This document shows, piece after piece, positions 59,253 to 64,000 of a DNA stretch of 64,000 nt. The position numbers and the translations under genes were made by a program. The stretch lies in contig CAXXFF010000002.1 of the NCBI GenBank assembly GCA_963676835.2, positions 1,568,001-1,632,000 on the forward strand, read 5' to 3'. A model generated the notes under the pieces. The model did no database searches. It worked only from the letters and a program-made list of their open reading frames with translations, and was not told where the DNA came from. This stretch comes from Marispirochaeta sp. GTDB taxonomy: Bacteria > Spirochaetota > Spirochaetia > JC444 > Marispirochaetaceae. Positions within the stretch are counted from its first letter, which is position 1. Every line of letters starts with the position of its first letter.

Positions 59253-59639
59253 ATGGCTATCACCAAAGATGAAATTTTAGAAGCAATCGCAGCAATGAGC
59301 GTACTCGAGGTATCTGAACTCGTTTCTGCGATGGAAGAAAAGTTCGGCGTAACTGCTGCTGCTCCTGTAGCAATGGCTGCTGCACCCGCTGCCGGCGGCG
59401 CTGCTGCTGAGGCCGAAGATGAGAAGACTGAGTTTGACGTAGTTCTTACCGGTGTTGCTGACGGCAAGAAAATCCCCGTAATCAAGGAAGTTCGTGCTAT
59501 TACCGGTCTTGGTCTTAAAGAAGCAAAAGAAATGGTAGAAGAAGGCGGAAAGACCGTTAAGGAAGGCGTTTCTAAAGAAGAAGCTGCCCAGATGAAGGAG
59601 AAGCTTGAAGCTGCCGGTGCTACTGTCGAGGTTAAATAA
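59253..59639 (+). CDS. rplL: 50S ribosomal protein L7/L12
   Basis: [24 protein letters not shown]. Confidence 0.98.
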   Translation: MAITKDEILEAIAAMSVLEVSELVSAMEEKFGVTAAAPVAMAAAPAAGGAAAEAEDEKTEFDVVLTGVADGKKIPVIKEVRAITGLGLKEAKEMVEEGGKTVKEGVSKEEAAQMKEKLEAAGATVEVK

Positions 59640-59676
59640 TAACCTTCGGCGTAATACTATTCATCAATTTGCTCAA

Positions 59677-59708
59677 GATACCACCGGAATGGATTTTCCG
59701 GTGGTATC
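59677..59708 (+). terminator. rplL-rpoB attenuator-like hairpin
   Basis: 13-bp stem GATACCACCGGAA/TTCCGGTGGTATC with a weak U-tail. Confidence 0.55.
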
Positions 59709-59762
59709 GTGTTGTCTATACGCAGGACGCAGTGCGTCCTTTATACAGTTCCTTAGGGGGTA

Positions 59763-62700
59763 ATGATGCTGGATACTGGGAAGCCCAGGACGCGGACATA
59801 TATCGGACAGGAGTTTCAGGAGGTCATGGATCTCCCGAATCTTGTGGACATCCAGTTATCGTCATATGAAAGATTTCTTCAGCGAGAGGCTCTGCGGGAA
59901 GGACAGCCGCTGAAGGAGCAGGGGCTTGAAGAGGTGTTTCAAAGTGTATTCCCCATAGAGAGTCCCAATGGGGACATGCTCCTGGAATACACTCGCTATA
60001 CCCTCGATGAGGAAGCAATAAAACTGACGGAGCAGGAGTGCAAGCAGAAGGGTATAACCCATGCTGTACCCATAAAAGCCCGGATAAACCTGATTTTTCA
60101 GGAAACCGGAGAAATTCGTCAGAAGGACATCTACGTTGGGGATGTTCCTCTTATGACAGACCGGGGTACCTTTATTATTAATGGTGCCGAGCGTGTTGTT
60201 GTAAGTCAGATTCACCGTTCTCCCGGTGTAATTTTCTCCCATGAAAAAGGTGTTTACTCATCACGAATTATACCGTACCGCGGTTCCTGGCTCGAGTTTG
60301 AAATCGACCAGAAGCGGGAGCTTGTATACGCTAAAATCGACCGCAAGAAGCGTATCCTCGGAACTCTGTTCCTCAGAGCTCTCGGATTTTCCACCCGTGA
60401 AGAGATTATTGATCTCTTTTACAAGACTGAGGTTATGGGTGTTGCCGAAGGGCAGAAAGAAGCCCTGAACGGTAGGGTTCTTGCCCGGGCGGTATTTATC
60501 GGCGAAGGAGAAGAGAAGCGCAAGCTTTACAAGGCAGGCGACAAGCTTCATCCCCATGACGCTGACGAGCTGGTTCATTCTGGAGTAGCAGAGGTTACGG
60601 TAATCGATTTTACTGCTGAAGGCTCTCTTGATTCGGCAATTATTCTCAACTGTTTCGAGCGGGAAGAGGTCAAGTTTACCCGGGACGATGCAGATGTGGA
60701 TGAGCCCACAAAAGAAGATGCCCTTATAGCGGTTTACTCTGTTATTATGCCAGGCGAGCCCATTACGCTTGAAAGCGCTGAAAAAGATCTTAATTCAATG
60801 TTTTTCAGTACCCGCCGCTACGATCTTGGTAAGGTTGGACGGTACAAGCTCAATAAGAAATTTGACTATGAACCTCCTGTAGAGGAGTTTACTCTTACCA
60901 GGGAAGACGTGGTTAACACTATGCTCTTTCTTATTAAGGTATATATTGGTGATTCCTACGTTGATGATATCGATCATCTTGGAAACCGGCGTATCCGTTC
61001 TGTTGGTGAGCTTATGGCAAACCAGCTTAAGACAGCCTTCAGTCGTATGGAAAGAATTGCCAAGGAGCGTATGAGTCTTAAAGAGACTGATACGGTTAAA
61101 CCTCAGGACCTGATTTCCATCAAACCCATAGTGGCGGCGATCAAGGAGTTTTTCGGATCATCCCAGCTGTCTCAGTTTATGGATCAGGTTAACCCGCTTT
61201 CCGAGCTTACCCATAAAAGAAGGCTTAACGCCCTTGGGCCTGGAGGTCTTTCGAGGGATCGTGCCGGATTTGAGGTCCGTGACGTACATTACACCCACTA
61301 TGGACGTATGTGTCCCATTGAAACACCGGAAGGACCGAACATCGGTCTTATTGTTTCGCTGGCCAACTATACCCGTGTTAATGAATACGGATTCCTTGAG
61401 GCGCCTTACCGTAAGGTTAAGGATGGAAAAGCACTTCCTGAGATTGAGTATCTCTCTGCAATGGACGAGGAAAAGTACTTTATCGCTCAGGCGAATGCCA
61501 AGATCGACAAGTCCGGTAAGTTTTCTGATGATACTGTTTCCGTCCGTAAGGCCGGGGACTATATACAGAAAAACCCTGCGGACATCCAGTATATGGACGT
61601 TTCTCCCAAGCAGGTAATCTCTGTTGCAACATCGCTCATTCCTTTCCTCGAGCATGATGATGCCAACCGTGCACTCATGGGATCAAACATGCAGCGTCAG
61701 GCAGTTCCCCTTGTTTTTACCGATCCTCCCCGGGTTGGTACCGGAATGGAAGGTAAAACCGCCTATGACTCCGGTGTGCTTGTAAAGGCGCGCCGTGCAG
61801 GTGTTGTTGAGTATGTTACTGCCGAGCAGGTAGTTATCAAGCTGGATGTACCTCATGGTGACCTTAAGAAGGATATATACCCCCTGCTGAAGTATCAGCG
61901 TACCAACCAGGATACCTGTTTCAATCAGCGCCCTGTTGTAAGGGTCGGGCAGAAGATCGCCGCCGGCGATGTTCTCGCTGACGGTCCTGCAACCAACGGT
62001 GGAGAGCTTGCTCTCGGCCGGAATGTTCTGGTCGGATTTGTGCCCTGGAACGGTTATAACTATGAGGACGCCATTCTTATTTCTGAGAAGGTCGTCAAAG
62101 AAGATATCTTTACTTCAATACATATAAAGGAATTTACCATTGATGTGCGGGAGACCAAGCTTGGACCGGAAAAGCTTACCCGCGATATTCCCAATACTTC
62201 CGAAAAGGCTCTTGATCAGCTTGATGAAGAGGGTATTGTCCGCATCGGCGCCAAGGTCGGTTCAGGGTATATCCTGGTCGGAAAGGTTACTCCCAAGTCC
62301 GAAACTGAAACCACGCCTGAGTTTAAGCTGCTTAACTCAATCTTCGGTGAGAAAGCCAAAGAGGTTCGCGACACCAGTCTCCGTGTTCCCCATGGAACCA
62401 GCGGAACGGTAATAGATGTACAGCGCCTTCGTCGCAGCGAGGGGGATGATCTTCCTCCCGGTGTTGATGAGGTTGTAAAGGTTCTTATTGCCGCCAAGCG
62501 TAAGCTTAAAGAGGGCGATAAGATGGCTGGACGTCACGGAAACAAGGGTGTTGTTGCCCGGGTTCTTCCTGAAGAGGACATGCCCTACATGGAGGATGGA
62601 ACTCCTCTGGATCTCTGTCTTAACCCTCTGGGTGTACCTTCCCGTATGAACCTTGGTCAGATTCTTGAAACTGAGCTTGGTCTTGCTGCAAGGATTCTGG

Positions 62701-63260
62701 ACGAGTGGTATTCCACTCCGGTATTCCAGTCCGCTTCTACGGAGATGATCGAGGACAAGCTTGCTGAGGCAGGTCTGCCCCGGAACTCCAAGATGGTACT
62801 GCGGGATGGTAAAACCGGTGTTATGTTTGAGAACCCCGTATTCTGCGGAATTATCTACATGCTCAAGCTTCATCACCTGGTTGATGACAAGATGCATGCC
62901 CGGTCAACCGGACCTTACTCGCTGGTTACTCAGCAGCCTCTGGGTGGTAAGGCTCAGTTTGGTGGGCAGCGTCTGGGAGAAATGGAGGTATGGGCCCTTG
63001 AAGCTTACGGTGCAGCCAATACCCTTCAGGAGCTTCTTACAATCAAGTCGGACGATATGGCGGGACGCGCCAAGATATATGAAAGCATCGTAAAGGGAGA
63101 ACCTTCTTCCAATGCCGGTGTTCCCGAATCATTCAATGTACTGGTTCAGGAGCTTCGGGGACTTGCTCTGGATGTTTCAATCTATGATTCAAAAGGAAAG
63201 CAGGTTCCCCTTACCGAGCGCGATGAAGAGCTGATCAGCCGTCAGGGAAGTCAGTTCTAA
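59763..63260 (+). CDS. rpoB: RNA polymerase beta subunit
   Basis: [30 protein letters not shown]. Confidence 0.99.
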   Translation: MMLDTGKPRTRTYIGQEFQEVMDLPNLVDIQLSSYERFLQREALREGQPLKEQGLEEVFQSVFPIESPNGDMLLEYTRYTLDEEAIKLTEQECKQKGITHAVPIKARINLIFQETGEIRQKDIYVGDVPLMTDRGTFIINGAERVVVSQIHRSPGVIFSHEKGVYSSRIIPYRGSWLEFEIDQKRELVYAKIDRKKRILGTLFLRALGFSTREEIIDLFYKTEVMGVAEGQKEALNGRVLARAVFIGEGEEKRKLYKAGDKLHPHDADELVHSGVAEVTVIDFTAEGSLDSAIILNCFEREEVKFTRDDADVDEPTKEDALIAVYSVIMPGEPITLESAEKDLNSMFFSTRRYDLGKVGRYKLNKKFDYEPPVEEFTLTREDVVNTMLFLIKVYIGDSYVDDIDHLGNRRIRSVGELMANQLKTAFSRMERIAKERMSLKETDTVKPQDLISIKPIVAAIKEFFGSSQLSQFMDQVNPLSELTHKRRLNALGPGGLSRDRAGFEVRDVHYTHYGRMCPIETPEGPNIGLIVSLANYTRVNEYGFLEAPYRKVKDGKALPEIEYLSAMDEEKYFIAQANAKIDKSGKFSDDTVSVRKAGDYIQKNPADIQYMDVSPKQVISVATSLIPFLEHDDANRALMGSNMQRQAVPLVFTDPPRVGTGMEGKTAYDSGVLVKARRAGVVEYVTAEQVVIKLDVPHGDLKKDIYPLLKYQRTNQDTCFNQRPVVRVGQKIAAGDVLADGPATNGGELALGRNVLVGFVPWNGYNYEDAILISEKVVKEDIFTSIHIKEFTIDVRETKLGPEKLTRDIPNTSEKALDQLDEEGIVRIGAKVGSGYILVGKVTPKSETETTPEFKLLNSIFGEKAKEVRDTSLRVPHGTSGTVIDVQRLRRSEGDDLPPGVDEVVKVLIAAKRKLKEGDKMAGRHGNKGVVARVLPEEDMPYMEDGTPLDLCLNPLGVPSRMNLGQILETELGLAARILDEWYSTPVFQSASTEMIEDKLAEAGLPRNSKMVLRDGKTGVMFENPVFCGIIYMLKLHHLVDDKMHARSTGPYSLVTQQPLGGKAQFGGQRLGEMEVWALEAYGAANTLQELLTIKSDDMAGRAKIYESIVKGEPSSNAGVPESFNVLVQELRGLALDVSIYDSKGKQVPLTERDEELISRQGSQF

Positions 63261-63292
63261 GCCCGATCAGGGACTACAGTCAGGAGAGTGCC

Positions 63293-64000
63293 ATGAGGGA
63301 TATTCAGGATTTCGATAACATAATGATAAAGCTGGCCAGCCCCGAACAGATTCGGGCCTGGTCTTACGGCGAAGTTAAAAAGCCGGAAACTATAAACTAC
63401 CGAACCCTTCGTCCGGAAAAGGACGGTCTGTTCTGTGAACGGATCTTTGGTACCACCAAGGAATGGGAATGTTACTGCGGTAAGTTCAAGTCAATTCGAT
63501 ATAAGGGAGTGATTTGTGACCGTTGTGGCGTTGAGGTGACTCACTTCAAGGTGCGCCGTGAGAGGATGGGCCATATTGAGCTGGCTTCGCCGGTGTCTCA
63601 TATCTGGTATTACCGCTCTGTTCCGTCAAGAATGGGGCTTCTGCTGGATCTGACCATCGCGTCTCTGCGGGCGATTCTCTACTACGAAAAGCATGTAGTA
63701 ATTGATCCCGGCGACACTGACCTCAAGTATATGGAGCTTCTTTCTGAAGAAGAGTTCCTCGAGGCCCGTGAGCGTTTCGGTATGAGTTTTACCGCCGGAA
63801 TCGGTGCAGACGCTATCAGGACTCTCCTTGAGCAGCTCGATCTCGATGCTCTCAGTGCGGAACTGCGCATGAAGATGGTCGAGAAGGGTGCGAAATCCGA
63901 CAAACGGCTCCTGAAAAGAATTGAGATCGTAGAGAACTTCCGGGATTCGGACAATAATCCGGACTGGATGATCCTTGATGTTATTCCGGTTATTCCGCCG
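63293..64000 (+). CDS. rpoC: RNA polymerase beta' subunit (5' part; runs off the window)
   Basis: [56 protein letters not shown]. Confidence 0.98.
   Translation, partial: MRDIQDFDNIMIKLASPEQIRAWSYGEVKKPETINYRTLRPEKDGLFCERIFGTTKEWECYCGKFKSIRYKGVICDRCGVEVTHFKVRRERMGHIELASPVSHIWYYRSVPSRMGLLLDLTIASLRAILYYEKHVVIDPGDTDLKYMELLSEEEFLEARERFGMSFTAGIGADAIRTLLEQLDLDALSAELRMKMVEKGAKSDKRLLKRIEIVENFRDSDNNPDWMILDVIPVIPP

Overview
This is a bacterial chromosomal window, most likely from a free-living anaerobic spirochaete (Spirochaetaceae-like). That assignment is an inference from the long Prs, the FliM YDFxRPDKFS motif, an rfuABCD-like operon and the tRNA-Thr-rpmG-tRNA-Trp-secE-nusG order. The right end (55.9-64 kb) is the core tRNA-Thr/rpmG/tRNA-Trp/secE/nusG/rplKAJL/rpoB/rpoC(partial) cluster. 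The rest is accessory and metabolic: clpB, argH, prs, panE, two TetR-controlled envelope transport cassettes, a GntR-controlled sugar-acid/hydroxy-acid catabolic cluster and a NifA-like sigma-54 activator. Most notable observations: (1) an orphan flagellar-switch mini-cluster encoding a FliM::FliG-middle-domain fusion that lacks the CheY-binding peptide, next to FliN, a degenerate SpoA protein and a PTS EIIA; (2) a soluble group C [FeFe]-hydrogenase fused to a chemoreceptor domain, absent from the ORF track because it runs off the left edge; (3) an FMN-riboswitch-like RNA with non-consensus core positions and a lost L2 T-loop upstream of the rfu-like transporter; (4) an Rpn nuclease gene that has lost its catalytic core but keeps an internally initiated RpnS-like antitoxin ORF; (5) a PfpI remnant, a homopolymer-frameshifted cupin and readable operator logic in the GntR cluster. 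No CRISPR array, rRNA or intact IS/prophage was seen. All calls come from motif reading, not database searches.
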